Below are positions 1 to 12,918 of a stretch of 64,000 nt of DNA, in pieces. The position numbers and the translations under genes are program-made. The notes beneath the pieces were generated by a model that did not search any database, had not been told where the DNA came from, and worked only from the letters and a program-made list of their open reading frames with translations. Position 1 is the first letter of the stretch. Each line of letters starts with the position of its first letter. The stretch is from the human T2T-CHM13v2.0 reference genome, Homo sapiens: NCBI RefSeq assembly GCF_009914755.1, contig NC_060926.1. The stretch is one strand, 5' to 3'.

Positions 1-594
1 TGTTTATATTTTATCATAATCACATATCAAAATGACTTTGTTTTATTCTCCTTTTCACTTAATAATGTTTATTTCATTTTTTTCCCTTACTAAATTAATT
101 GAAAATTCTAGGCTTTTATTTACTGAGCATAGTTTGATGATTATATCATTACATGTATCCATGTTTATTTGTATTATGAAAAATTACACGAAGTCTGTAG
201 CATGTGTTTACTTTTGAAGTAGGAAGTATGGGAAATGACAAGTCTTTGCTTGCTTTATAACATGTTATATTACCATGTGTCTAAGGACATATCTTCCTTT
301 CGTTCTATCAGAGACAGATCTTTCTTTAATTCTACAGGCTTAGTCAAATGTCATAACTTCCAGTAATTCTGGTAAGTACACCAACCTATCCACCAGTTCT
401 TGATAGTTCACCCAATTTTCTATTTTTAAATAAAATGATGAGTTAAATATATTTCCAAACAAATAAAGCATTTATATATTTCAGTTTAAACAAAGCATTT
501 ATTTGTGGTGAAAAAGAAAGATGATGATGTATCTGGAATTCTAGCTGTTCTTAACAACGTGGGACGAAGGAAACTTTCAGTACATGGGTTTAAT

Positions 595-967
595 TGTCGA
601 TACAAAGATGGGCTGCTCAGTCCTTCAAGGAGGGACTTACAAACCAGCTTGAAACTCCTGCAGGGTCTGCCTCAACCACAGACAACCTATTAGAGGTCAC
701 ACATGTGTCAGGGCAGCTCCATCTGGTGAATGAATGAGACAGAGAACAAAGGCCTTTGCCATTTTGACCTTAAGAGGGTCACTTCCGCAGGCAATACTCC
801 ATAACTCGTTGCTAGCTTTTCTGATGTTTTGTCAAATCTGCATTTTTGTTTGACTCTTCCTTAGCCTGATACTGATTTCTGACATCTCTCTTCACATGTA
901 GTGAGTCCTAATAAACATCCTGTACCCCATACTTTGCTTCTATTTCCAGAGAACACAATTGGTGACA
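595..967 (+). mobile_element. ERVL solo LTR, LTR16-like
   Basis: TG...CA ends; 3' part 'cctaataaacatcctgtac...ttccagagaacacaattggtgaca' resembles the LTR16 poly(A)/U5 end. Confidence 0.55.
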
Positions 968-1211
968 TATCAAAGTAGGAACATTCTGGACTCTATGATT
1001 ATAGTCCTAATTCATATCTTGAATTTCAAGCATTAGCAACTTCAGGAAACCCAAGTGGTTCAGCATATTTTCACTATAAATCAAATATGTAAAGTCGATG
1101 TACAATCACTGGCCCTTGTTGGAATTATTTAGAAAGTCCAAAGTCTCTTAGAAAGCAGAAAATATATCTATGGATTTCTGCTTATTAATGCATTCATTTA
1201 AATATCTGAGC

Positions 1212-2935
1212 ATTATTCATTCACTCACTCACTCATTCTTTCAAACAAATTTTATTCCCAGCTGTATGCTGGCTGTCTTGTTAAGTGCAGGGATACAGAG
1301 ATAAATACATGATCTCTGTCATTAAGGCACCTAATGATGACAGAGATAAATATAATACATAATTTCGAAAGCACGTGTATTAGAATTAGTTTTAGTGTTT
1401 TATCCATTTTTGTTTCTGTTTTTGTTTGGCTGCTGTAACAAATTACCACAAGAATAGTGGCTTAAGACAACACAAATTTATTGCTTGCAATTCTGGAGGG
1501 ATGGAAGTCCAAATTCATTCTCACCCGGCTAAAGTTAACAATTTTGTGGGGCTGGTTCTTTCTAGAGGCCTTGAGAGAATCTGTTTTCTTGTCTTTTCCA
1601 ATATTCAGTAGCTGTCTGCATTCGTTAGTCAATAGCCTCTTCCTCTTATTCCTCCAGTCTTTCTTTCACTTCACGTCTCTTATTACTTACCCTGACCCTC
1701 TTGCCTTCTGCTCATATGGACTCTTGTGACTACATTGGGCCTACCTAGATAACCAGGATGATCTCCAAAACCCAAGAGCCTTAATTTAAGCACAGCTGCA
1801 ATGTCCCCTTTACCATGAAAGGCAAAACTTATAGATTCTGAAGATTAGAACATTAACCTTGGGGGCCATTATTCAGCCTACCACACTACTTAACTATGTG
1901 GGTAGAGACAAGGGCAGGTACGAAGTCAGAATATTGCTGCTAAGAGCATCCTAAGGTATTGAGGAAGGTGCTGAATAGTAGGTCAGTAAACTTTGCCAAA
2001 ACATAGCTTTTAAGTAGAGTGTTGAAAGATAACTAAATGTTTGTTAGTGAAGGGTACAGCAGAGGTGAAGTGTACCTTCTAGGATGAGAGAGTAGCTTCT
2101 GCCAAGGCATGGAAATGACAGGAAATATAAGTATTCATGGAATTCTAGCTGTCAGCCACAAGACACATACTTTTCTTACACTTTATTTCTGAAAAATAGC
2201 ATGTTTCTTACAATTAATGAGTATATTTAATATAGTCATTAATTATTCCTAAATATTTTATGTTTTCTATTAAAATATGAATATAATGTAATTTAATAAA
2301 CTTGGTTTATATGATGCTAAGAAAATACTGAGAGATGAGACCAAAGAACAAAATATGTGTCAAACTCATTACAGGTTGTAACCATGATAAGGAACTTTTA
2401 AACCATACTGGCGATCACACAAAGTTTTTGATTTTCTTGAAGAAGTTATTTCACATAGTTTGATTTTAGTTTTAGAGAAATCACATTGACTGCATGGAAG
2501 AAAAGTATGGGAGAGGAGCAATAGTATAGACAGAGAAAAGAGATGTTTGCCATAATCTGGCAAATATTGAACCCTGAAGGAAGAAGGTGGTAGGCTGTTG
2601 ATTGAGAGGCGGTGAGACATAGAATGACCAATTTTGGTAAATGATTTGTTGTAGGTAGTGGGAAGATAAGAAAAGGTACAGTAATTTCAACGGCTCCCTG
2701 ATTTGGGCAATTAGGAGAATGATTGTACTTTTTGTTGAGAAAAGAATTGAGGGACAGATGTTTTTTCAGAGAGGAATGGGTGAATAACAATATGTATGCA
2801 TTGTATTTAGTTTTTGAGGCATGTGTGAAATATATAAGTTTAAATATTCATCAGTATTTGTATATAAGTGTATGAAGCCCAGGAATGGGTTTTTAGATGA
2901 AGATACAGATTGAGCAATCATTCAGTGGTAAGTTA
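1212..2935 (-). mobile_element. L2 LINE 3' fragments, interrupted by MLT1D
   Basis: Starts with 'attcattcactcactcactcattctttcaaacaaat' (reverse L2 3' tail), then 'gggatacagagataaat' and purine-rich L2-like body. Confidence 0.55.
1395..1885 (-). mobile_element. MaLR LTR, MLT1D-like
   Basis: 'ggctgctgtaacaaattaccaca...ggcttaagacaacacaaatttatt' and terminal 'ggccattattcagcctaccaca' (reverse of the MLT1D start). Confidence 0.8.
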
Positions 2936-2949
2936 AATCTAAAATGAAA

Positions 2950-3736
2950 AGCAAACAAACAAAAACTCTTCTATGTACTGTCAACATTTTGACACCAAAT
3001 ATGTGGGTTTTCCAACCAACCAATTATGACATTGGGTGCTCAGAGTTAACACAGATCCCATAGGTTAGGGGCTCAGACCCCCAAGACTGCCAACCCCCCC
3101 ATACACAATTCAGATGCCAACTGAAATTTCAGGGTGTCATCTGTGCTTCTGACCAACTATCTCTAAATCAAGCGTTTCCATGACCTCCTCCTTGGGTTGA
3201 ATAATTTCATAAAACAACTCACAGAAATCAGGATAAAAGCTTACTTGCTAGCTTATCAGTTTATTACAAAAGGATACAACTCAGGAATAGTCGGATGGAA
3301 GAAAATCATACGGCAAGGTGTCCAGGAGAGGTGTGGAGCTTCCATGCCTTCTCCCAGCACCTCCACAGGTTTGCCAACCCGGAAGCTCTCTAAATTCTCT
3401 GAACCCTGTGCTTTTGGGTATTTACAGAGCCTTAATTCTTAGACAATATTGATTAAAACCATTGACCTTTGGTGAATAGGTTCCCATAGTCTCTCTTCCC
3501 TCCCAGAAGGTCAGGGGTTGGGGCTAAAATTTCCAACCCTTTAATCACAAGATTGGTTCTCCTGGCAACCAGTCACCATCCTGAGGCTATCCTGGAACCC
3601 TCAGCTACTAGTCATCTCATTAGCATACAATAAAACACTTATTATTTTGGAGAGTCCAAGGATTTTAGGTATTTTGTGTCAGATAATGGAGACAAAGACC
3701 AAATATATATACTTCTTAATATATCACAAAATCACA
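2950..3736 (-). mobile_element. MER21 (MER21C-like) LTR
   Basis: 'gacaccaaatatgtggg...ggctcagacccccaagactgcc...gacaaagaccaaatatatat...atcaca' is typical reverse-strand MER21. Confidence 0.75.
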
Positions 3737-3779
3737 AAACCTTAAGCAGTGACGACACAATATGAAAGAATGGCATGAA

Positions 3780-4280
3780 CATTTCACTTTGCTTATTTGG
3801 GCTGTTCTGGGGTCAGCTTTCTCTCATTTTGGAGGACTGTCCAATTTTGTGTATTAATATGAGATGCAGTGTTCTGCTTCTCACCATGGTAGTATAACTT
3901 GGACTAACTTTTAGTTCTCTGCCCACTGATGACCTAAGTTTTGGGAATGTGACTTGGGCTCAGCCAATCAGTTGCTCCCACACAAAACTTTAATCTGGAG
4001 TTAGAGGCACAAAGAAGAAGGGTTAGGGCTCATTTATAAGAAATTTGTTGTGTTCAGTGAGAGCAGCACCAGGACCGTAGTGTGAGATTTCTACCGTGGT
4101 AGGGGCAGAGTCCTAACCAGACTGTTAAATACTTATTTCCTGACCTACTTTTAATTTTTTACCTCTTTTCAAAGTCTGATCGTATAGTTGGTCATTAATT
4201 CTCAAATTCTTAACATTATTCTCATAAAAACCCTTTACTGCCTCATCTAGCTATAGTTGACTTTTCTTCTTACAATCATG
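3780..4280 (+). mobile_element. Old ERVL/MaLR-type LTR fragment (family uncertain)
   Basis: 'gggctcagccaatcag' and a 3' end 'aaaccctttactgcc...agttgacttttcttcttacaa' resemble old LTRs. Confidence 0.3.
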
Positions 4281-6527
4281 ATTCATAAAGAAGACGTATA
4301 GAATGAAAAAAGAAATAGGAGGAGAAATTAGAAAAAAAAATTGATGGTTACAGATAATACGAAGAACCTCATATTTGATGGTTACTATCAGTCTGAGCCT
4401 TTATGTTTTCCAGTAAGAATCTTTTACTTTTAACCTAACAATTGTGAATTGCCATACTTCCTTCAAACAAAACAGCTTCACATGCAAAAAACAAGCAATG
4501 ATAGTCTTGGAATTTTCCAAGCTGGTTTGATGAAAAAGTATAACTGGCACTACTGATTTTATTGCTTAGGAATGGATTAATCTCTTTATAAGTTTGCTTT
4601 CACTGCCCATGCATATATTGACAAAAGGGGGTGTTTTATTCAGTTTAATAAAGAATTTTATATGTGCTTCTGTGTGTATATAAGTACAAAAAGGCTTACT
4701 TAATGTATTTATATTTTTCCAATTCTGAAAGACCTTTATGGACTATAAATATTGATTAAAGTGATATTTTTTCTCAGAAAAAGATTGCTTAACTATACCC
4801 ATAAAATGGCAATTTGACGGAGTGTATGGATCTTCTGCAAATACTGCTACACAGGATTAATTTTAAAATGTAATCCAGCTCATATATCATTAAAACTTTT
4901 TCTTCAATAGTAAAAAGGTCCCATTTTCACATTACAAAGATCAAAACACATAATTTTCATATTGTTTTAAATGGAAATGAAAGATTTCCTAGATAAAATA
5001 TAAAGAATACAAAATTGGAATATGAATTATTTCATGTTTATGAAAGCATCAAAACATAATATGAATTTTCTAGTTTAGTAGATCATGTTGAGATTTTTGC
5101 CCACAAATAAACTTTTGGGTTATTTAATACAAGTATATGAACATCTAATCATTCCTTTATTCACTTCTGCCAATTTTATTTTGTGCCTTCCATGTGGCAG
5201 TAACTGCATTAAGTATAGAATGATACATATATAGAGATTTTTCTAGTGAAGGGCTCAAGGTTTGAGTTGATGGTAGAAATTGATTCAGTTATAAATAGGT
5301 ATAAGGCAAAATAGAGAATGAATGTATAGTCAGAAAATTTTAAAAAATAGAGTAAGAAACTGTAATATAAAACTTAAATAGTTAAATGGATTTTATTAGT
5401 CTATAAAGTCAAGGATTTGTCTATTTAGAAAAGGAGCAGGCTATACCATTTATCAATATTTTCCTACTTTAATTTCAAAATAATTCACATTTATTAGAGT
5501 GGATATAATATATTCGCACAAAGGAAACTTAACATGAGGAGAACTCCTTAAGAATTATAAAGTATTATTCAATCACAAACCTAAATGACCTAAAACGTAA
5601 AGTGCAGAGAAAGCAAAAGGCAGGTGACCTAGAAGGTAATAATACTTAAGGGAAATATTCTGTCAGTTTCTAGGTGCCCTTGAATGCTCACACTCTTATG
5701 TTTTTGCCGTGAGCAATAAGCTGGAGACTCTATTTTTTGTTCTTTCTATCAAAATAAGACTGATTTTCTACGTTATAATTCCCATTGCCTTAGAATTTCA
5801 TTACTTGAGTTATAGTAGTTAAGCAAGTCTTTTAATTATAGCATAAAATGCTCTAGTTACAATAGTTTAGGGAATATATTAATCACTCACTGACATTTAC
5901 ATATTTAAATGTCTTGTGCTCCACATACAATTCTAAAAAGAGAAAAGAGGTTTTTTAACATTTCTTAACTGAGTTACTTTAAATAAGGTGATTTTAAGAG
6001 CAGTATCTGTTTATATCAAGCATCAAACATTTTGGTGGTGACAAGTTATATGAATGTATTTAGAATAAAGGTTAAATGCCAATTTCATTTTTCAGATTTA
6101 ATAAGTAGATTTCAAGTATAAAAAATTATTATTGAATAAAGCCACATATTTTAAAAGTCTACTTAATATCTCCACTGAGAGTCTATATTTAAGTGGAGAA
6201 CTAAATACTTAGATTTCACAATAAACAAACAATGCTTTACATTTGATTCTTAATTCTAATATAGTTAAAATTAAATGTAATATAAAAGCTGTATAAATAT
6301 TTTTAAGTTTACATAATGAGGCAAATGAAATTGAGTATTGTGTATGCATGTAAATGTACACGTGTTTTGGTTGCTGTTTATTTTTTGTTTTTCTTCAAAA
6401 TCAATAGACAAATATCAAAGCTTTCAGATTCATTGATGTGATAACATTTGATATTTCACTTCAATGTGTAAATAATTTGACTGCAAATTTATACGTGTGT
6501 TTTATTCAAGGGTTTTCTGATTTTTAA

Positions 6528-6881
<354 letters not shown>

Positions 6882-7164
6882 TGTCACAAGTTTTTAGTGT
6901 TCTATTTTAATACAGAAATTAGATAAATCCAAAGAGAAAGACATTTCATATGTGGTAGAGTTGTCGGAAGAAATGAGAGTCTTATAAATAACTTTAAAAA
7001 TTGTGAAGAAATAAAGACAAAATAGTCCTATGCAGTTTGATTTAAATATATTCTTAATAAGAGCTACTTTTGTGAAAACCAGAATATTGAAACATGTAGA
7101 TATGGATCTTCATTAGTGACTGACATAATATATTGTTATTGTTACTATTTTATTGTATCAGCCA

Positions 7165-7365
7165 ACTAATATTGAGTGCTTTGTGTATCCTAAGCACTAT
7201 GCTAAACACTGTACCAGTATTACCTGATATAATCATATTAATATTTATTATTTCACTTTTCATATGAAAAAATTGAAGCACAGATTAAGACACTCCGAAA
7301 TCATACCTCTATTGATTATCAGCACCAGGATTTGAATTGAGGCACTCTGATCCAGAGAAGCTTTT
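7165..7365 (-). mobile_element. MIR SINE
   Basis: 'ttgagtgctttgtgtatcctaagcac...catatgaaaaaattgaagcacaga...ggatttgaa' matches the MIR core. Confidence 0.6.
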
Positions 7366-8470
7366 GTTTCCATGAAGCTTATGTTGGGGAAAAATAATCA
7401 AATTGCCTGTACTCAGTTGTATAAATATAGGTTGGTTGTAGATGATTCTGGCTGATTCAACAGAAAAGAAATTTATTCAAAGGATATCACACAGTTTTCA
7501 TAACAGTTAAGAATACAGAGGAAACAGGGCACCAGGGTAAGTACAGACCAAAGTCCAAAACCACTGCCAAAGTTGCAGCAAGGAGAACAGCACAAATTTG
7601 CTTGCTGTCACCCGCCACTAGATGCTTTTGTTTGGAGCCTTGAACTTGACTTACACTGCCACTGACATCAGCACCAGTGCTCTCTGTGTACTAGGAGGTG
7701 GACCTTGTGACCGTTGCTGAACTCAAAAGTCAGATGTTTCTGCTGTGAAATAGATACCTAATACAGAACCTGCTTCCTCATTCATTCCCTCCCAAATCAT
7801 ATGCTTGTAGTGTGGCTAGAGTTTCTGTTTCTCCTTGGTCCAGGCAGAATTTATGAAGCTTGCTATTTATCGCCTTAAAGATTAGAAGAATATTCATAAG
7901 GTATTAGATTGCCATAAGGTTGAACAAATCAACATTCAACTTCAAGGATTCAACATTGTTTTGTTTTCTTTTGGGATACCTCTGCAGCAGTTCAAATCTT
8001 ATTTCTGCCCTTGGACAACCAGGTTTATAAATATTGCAGATTCTCCACTGACTGCTTTGATCCTATCTTCTATATTTATGTATACTAATTAGCATATAAT
8101 AAAAGATTATGTTACAGAATCTCAAAATTAGTAATTATGAATTGAGATGGTGTTATACAGTACACTAACATCCAGAGACTTGTTTATTCCAAGGAAAATA
8201 TTTAGAGATATTAAATGATATTTCTATCCTTTAGACATATACATTTTTTAGCTTACAGCCTGCTTTAGGCAAGCAACAGACTCTCAGGATCTGCTCCTAC
8301 CAGGGTCTGAACATTTCCTCCCAGTTTTTAAAGAAACAAATTCAAATAACACTGTAACCTCCAGAGGAAAGTTCAAGCTCTTTTATAGTATTGTTTAAAC
8401 AGTACAGCTGAGGAAACTAAAGACAGAGAAGTTAAATGCCTTGGCACTTAGTCTAGATTTACAATAAACT

Positions 8471-8902
8471 CCTCTCTACTTAGGACCCACTAACAGGGGC
8501 TGCATTTACACCAAAACCATGAAGGTGGCCCAAGTCATCACTGAGAAGTAGTACAAGCACCGAGGGAATGACTTCAACAGGAACAAGAAAGCGTGGAAGG
8601 AGATCCTAGCAGGAAGCTCCACAAGAAGATAGCATGTTACGTCTTGCATTGGATGAAGCAGGTTCAGAGAGACCTAGTGACAGCTATCTCCGTCAAGGTG
8701 CAGAAGGAGAGATCATTGAAGTAGATTTTCATGCAAAAAAAAAAATGTTGAAGTCTTTGGACTTCGGGAGTCTGTCCAAACTGCAGGTCACTCAGCCTAC
8801 AGTTGGGATGAATTTCAAAACACCAGTTGGAGCCGGTTGAATCTTTCTGCTATGCTGTAATATTTTCAGTAAACCCAGAACAACAACAACAACAAAACAC
8901 AA
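8471..8902 (+). pseudogene. RPS17P8: RPS17 (40S ribosomal protein S17) processed pseudogene
   Basis: ORF 8634-8840 ends [39 protein letters not shown], matching the RPS17 C-terminus. Intronless; 5'UTR-like 'aggacccactaac'; ATG>AGG at 8495-8497; TAG at 8549-8551; internal deletions; A-rich (CAA)n tail. The pseudogene number is from memory and unverified. Confidence 0.93.
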
Positions 8903-9993
8903 TGGAGGAGAAGCAGCCAAGTCTCTTGGTTTACAGAGTAGCTCCTAATACCCCTTGCTGTCTGTCTCAGTGCCCAATGGGAAGATAGTCAAAACAATAT
9001 TCACACCTGTGATTCATCTCTCTACATGCAGTGTGTGTGAATCTTTATATACTGCATATTAAGGATCTGTCTTTACAGATAAAAACTAAAGCATTGAAGG
9101 AACTCCTTGTTTTGACTTATCAAAGTCCTTAAGAAAATACTAGAAAATTATAGCCATTGTTTCAAATTTTAGCTTTATATTATCACTTGAAATGTGATGA
9201 AATGTGGCTGATAGATAATAATTCACTGATAACCTACAGACAATTCCCATCTTAAAATGGACCATTGGATTGAAGAATTAAATAAAATTGAGGGTTTTCC
9301 TTACATGTTTTGTCTAAAGAGCGAAGTAGAAACAACTGTTCATAGATCTTCATTGAGGATTCGCATGTGAAGTAAGTACTCCTAAACATAAACAGTGACT
9401 TATCAACCAGTTCCATAAATCATGAACAAAATATTTGTCCCAGAGAGACTATTTTTCCACCACATCTCTTGTAATAAACACAGAGCCAGTTCAGTTAAAA
9501 TAGTTTAAGGGTGGACGGTTCAGGGCTTGCTGAGTGGCACTCAGTAAGAAAACCCAGCAGAACATTTACTTCTCTCTTTATTCCAGAGCATCAATGGCCA
9601 AGGCTGGAAGATCCCAGAACACTGAACAGACATTTGGTCTCTTATGGCCTGCCAATTTTCACAGTGGGTTCCAACGCTTTGGGTCAAACCAAAATAGACC
9701 TGTTAGAAAAATGTCGGTTGGAATACGCTAACAATAAGACAGAATAAATGTGATTATTTGGCCTCATTTTTATAGGACTTGAGTAATTTTATTATAACAT
9801 TCTTGAGGGCTGGAAAATCTGAATGTTAGGACACCAAATATCTCCAGAAAACAAGTTTTATATTTCTAATCCTGCATAATAAACCTGGGGCCACTGCAGG
9901 CCTCATTAATAAAAACCTAATGGTATAACAATAATGAGGAGGAAATGCCAATGCCGCACAAATCTGTTGAGACTAAAATATTTCTCACCCCAG

Positions 9994-11315
9994 CAGGCTT
10001 GGTGCATTTGACACTTCATGATATCAGCCAAAGTGGAACTAAAAACAGCTCCTGGAAGAGGACTATGACATCATCAGGTTGGGAGTCTCCAGGGACAGCG
10101 GACCCTTTGGAAAAGGACTAGAAAGTGTGAAATCTATTAGTCTTCGATATGAAATTCTCTGTCTCTGTAAAAGCATTTCATATTTACAAGACACAGGCCT
10201 ACTCCTAGGGCAGCAAAAAGTGGCAACAGGCAAGCAGAGGGAAAAGAGATCATGAGGCATTTCAGAGTGCACTGTCTTTTCATATATTTCTCAATGCCGT
10301 ATGTTTGGTTTTATTTTGGCCAAGCATAACAATCTGCTCAAGAAAAAAAAATCTGGAGAAAACAAAGGTGCCTTTGCCAATGTTATGTTTCTTTTTGACA
10401 AGCCCTGAGATTTCTGAGGGGAATTCACATAAATGGGATCAGGTCATTCATTTACGTTGTGTGCAAATATGATTTAAAGATACAACCTTTGCAGAGAGCA
10501 TGCTTTCCTAAGGGTAGGCACGTGGAGGACTAAGGGTAAAGCATTCTTCAAGATCAGTTAATCAAGAAAGGTGCTCTTTGCATTCTGAAATGCCCTTGTT
10601 GCAAATATTGGTTATATTGATTAAATTTACACTTAATGGAAACAACCTTTAACTTACAGATGAACAAACCCCACAAAAGCAAAAAATCAAAAGCCCTACC
10701 TATGATTTCATATTTTCTGTGTAACTGGATTAAAGGATTCCTGCTTGCTTTTGGGCATAAATGATAATGGAATATTTCCAGGTATTGTTTAAAATGAGGG
10801 CCCATCTACAAATTCTTAGCAATACTTTGGATAATTCTAAAATTCAGCTGGACATTGTCTAATTGTTTTTTATATACATCTTTGCTAGAATTTCAAATTT
10901 TAAGTATGTGAATTTAGTTAATTAGCTGTGCTGATCAATTCAAAAACATTACTTTCCTAAATTTTAGACTATGAAGGTCATAAATTCAACAAATATATCT
11001 ACACATACAATTATAGATTGTTTTTCATTATAATGTCTTCATCTTAACAGAATTGTCTTTGTGATTGTTTTTAGAAAACTGAGAGTTTTAATTCATAATT
11101 ACTTGATCAAAAAATTGTGGGAACAATCCAGCATTAATTGTATGTGATTGTTTTTATGTACATAAGGAGTCTTAAGCTTGGTGCCTTGAAGTCTTTTGTA
11201 CTTAGTCCCATGTTTAAAATTACTACTTTATATCTAAAGCATTTATGTTTTTCAATTCAATTTACATGATGCTAATTATGGCAATTATAACAAATATTAA
11301 AGATTTCGAAATAGA
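9994..11315 (+). ncRNA. PCGEM1: PCGEM1 lncRNA, terminal exon (upstream exons lie before this window)
   Basis: Sequence from 'CAGGCTTGGTGCATTTGACACTTCATG' to 'ATTAAAGATTTCGAAATAG' matches the PCGEM1 cDNA 3' portion as I recall it. Acceptor 'tttctcaccccag' at 9981-9993; ATTAAA at 11296; no long ORF. Confidence 0.85.
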
Positions 11316-11335
11316 ATATGTGAATTGTTCACATA
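11296..11335 (+). terminator. Polyadenylation signal of PCGEM1
   Basis: ATTAAA at 11296-11301, probable cleavage ~11315, downstream GU/U-rich 'tatgtgaattgttc'. Confidence 0.7.
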
Positions 11336-11399
11336 CATAGAAATGAAAAGTTCATTTCGTAAAGCAAGATGCTGGGTGAAAGAGTGCTTTTGATTGAAA

Positions 11400-11535
11400 G
11401 ATCACTAGATTAGTAGAGGGCAAGACTTCTAGTCCCTAATCTACCCTTAATAGCCATGTGGTCACGTGTAAGTCAGTGAACCCATCTCATTCTCCTCATA
11501 CTTTTTTCATCTCTAAAATGAGGGTATAATTTAAG
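11400..11535 (+). mobile_element. MIR SINE
   Basis: 'ttctagtccctaatctacccttaatagccatgtggtc...ttttcatctctaaaatgagggtataat'. Confidence 0.6.
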
Positions 11536-11542
11536 CTCTTCA

Positions 11543-11824
11543 TTTTTTTTTTTTTTTGAGATAGAGTTTTGCTCTTGTCACCCAGGTTGGAGTGCAATGG
11601 CACGATCTCAGCTCACTGCAACCCTCTGCTTCCTCGGTTCAAGTGATTCTCCTGCTTCAGCCTCCCAAGTAGCCGGGATTACAGGTGCCCGCCACCACAT
11701 CTGGCTAATTTTTTGTATTTTCACCATGTTGGCCAGGCTGGTCTCGAACCCCTACCTCAGGTGATCCCTCGCCTCGGCCTCTCAAAGTGCTGGGATTACA
11801 GGTGTGAGCCACCACGCCCAGCCC
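11543..11824 (-). mobile_element. Alu (AluSq/Sx-like) with a short internal deletion
   Basis: Poly-T then Alu dimer; the linker lacks 'tagtagagacgggg' near 11720. Confidence 0.93.
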
Positions 11825-12559
11825 AATATCAGTTTTTCTTTTTTAACACAAGGCTAACACAATCAAAATACTAGCTAGGGGAGAAAAAAAAAATAAGGCA
11901 CTGTTTATGTGTAACAGGCTCTTGTTGCAATCACTGGGCAGACAATAAACAGTAAGAATCAATCCTTTTCATATATCCTTCTTGCAGAATACATAAAATC
12001 CCACAAATGGCTATCTTCCTTTTTATGATATTTGGAGAATTGTAGCTAAGTGACAGATATTTTGCTTGGGTGTATAGACCACAAAGGACTGTGTTTGATG
12101 ATGGTTTGCATAAAATTATACCTTAGTTTTTACTTTGTATGTTACATGTTAGATTTAGAGTATGAAAATTAGTAGGGAGGATTATTAACAAAGAACAGGG
12201 CAAGAGGAGTAGAATTAAACCTCTTCTAATACCTGTGCACAAGTAGGCTTTTCAGAAACTCTACAACCCTACATAAACTGGATAGTTAGAAAAGCACACT
12301 CCCAAGGAAGGCGGTTATGTTTTGCAGTTTGAATCAGAAGAATAGAGCTATAGCAATCTTCATTCTATAGTAACATTAAAGAGCCTGGTTTATATTATAG
12401 CAGTCATTAAGATTTAAAAATTTACATCTTGCCGTTCTTCTTACTCACAGATTTTCGAGAGGTAATGTAATGATCCACGAGGTGAGAATCACTGCCTTTT
12501 ATAATGCGATTAAATTGCATGAACAAAGTTTCCAACAAATAACAGTAATAAAAAGAAAC

Positions 12560-12750
12560 ATGTATTAGCACTTAATAAGCCAGGTGCTGTACGACGTGTG
12601 TTACATGCTTTCAATCCATGAACTGGTAAACTGGTACTAGTATCTCTATTGGACATGTGAGGAAACCAAATGGAGTTGATAAACAGTAGAGTTAAAAATT
12701 ACTCTTCATATATTATATTGCCTCAATCTCACAGACATCTCTGCTACCAA
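12560..12750 (-). mobile_element. MIR SINE fragment
   Basis: 'tattagcacttaataagccaggtgctgt...gacatgtgaggaaacc'. Confidence 0.45.
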
Positions 12751-12918
12751 AAGCTATCATATCTAGATATGCGGCATAAGGATGACCTTGGGGCACACTA
12801 GAATTCTTTGAGAGAATTCTGGCAGAGAAAACAAATATTTATTCCTACAATAAAACCCAGCATTTTACAGGTTTTATTTTTAACTATGAAGTATTGTTAT
12901 CTGTATCTTTCATATAAG

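Noticed and set aside
8634-8840. 68-aa ORF with an RPS17 C-terminus as a functional micropeptide
   Set aside because: The N-terminal part is out of frame with RPS17 and the locus is a decayed pseudogene; nothing in the sequence supports translation
9559-9573. ARE-like AGAACAtttACTTCT upstream of the last exon
   Set aside because: Two mismatches in the second half-site; matches of this quality are common by chance
10063-10805. Short ORFs overlapping the PCGEM1 exon
   Set aside because: Antisense, at most 83 aa, expected by chance, no homology recognised
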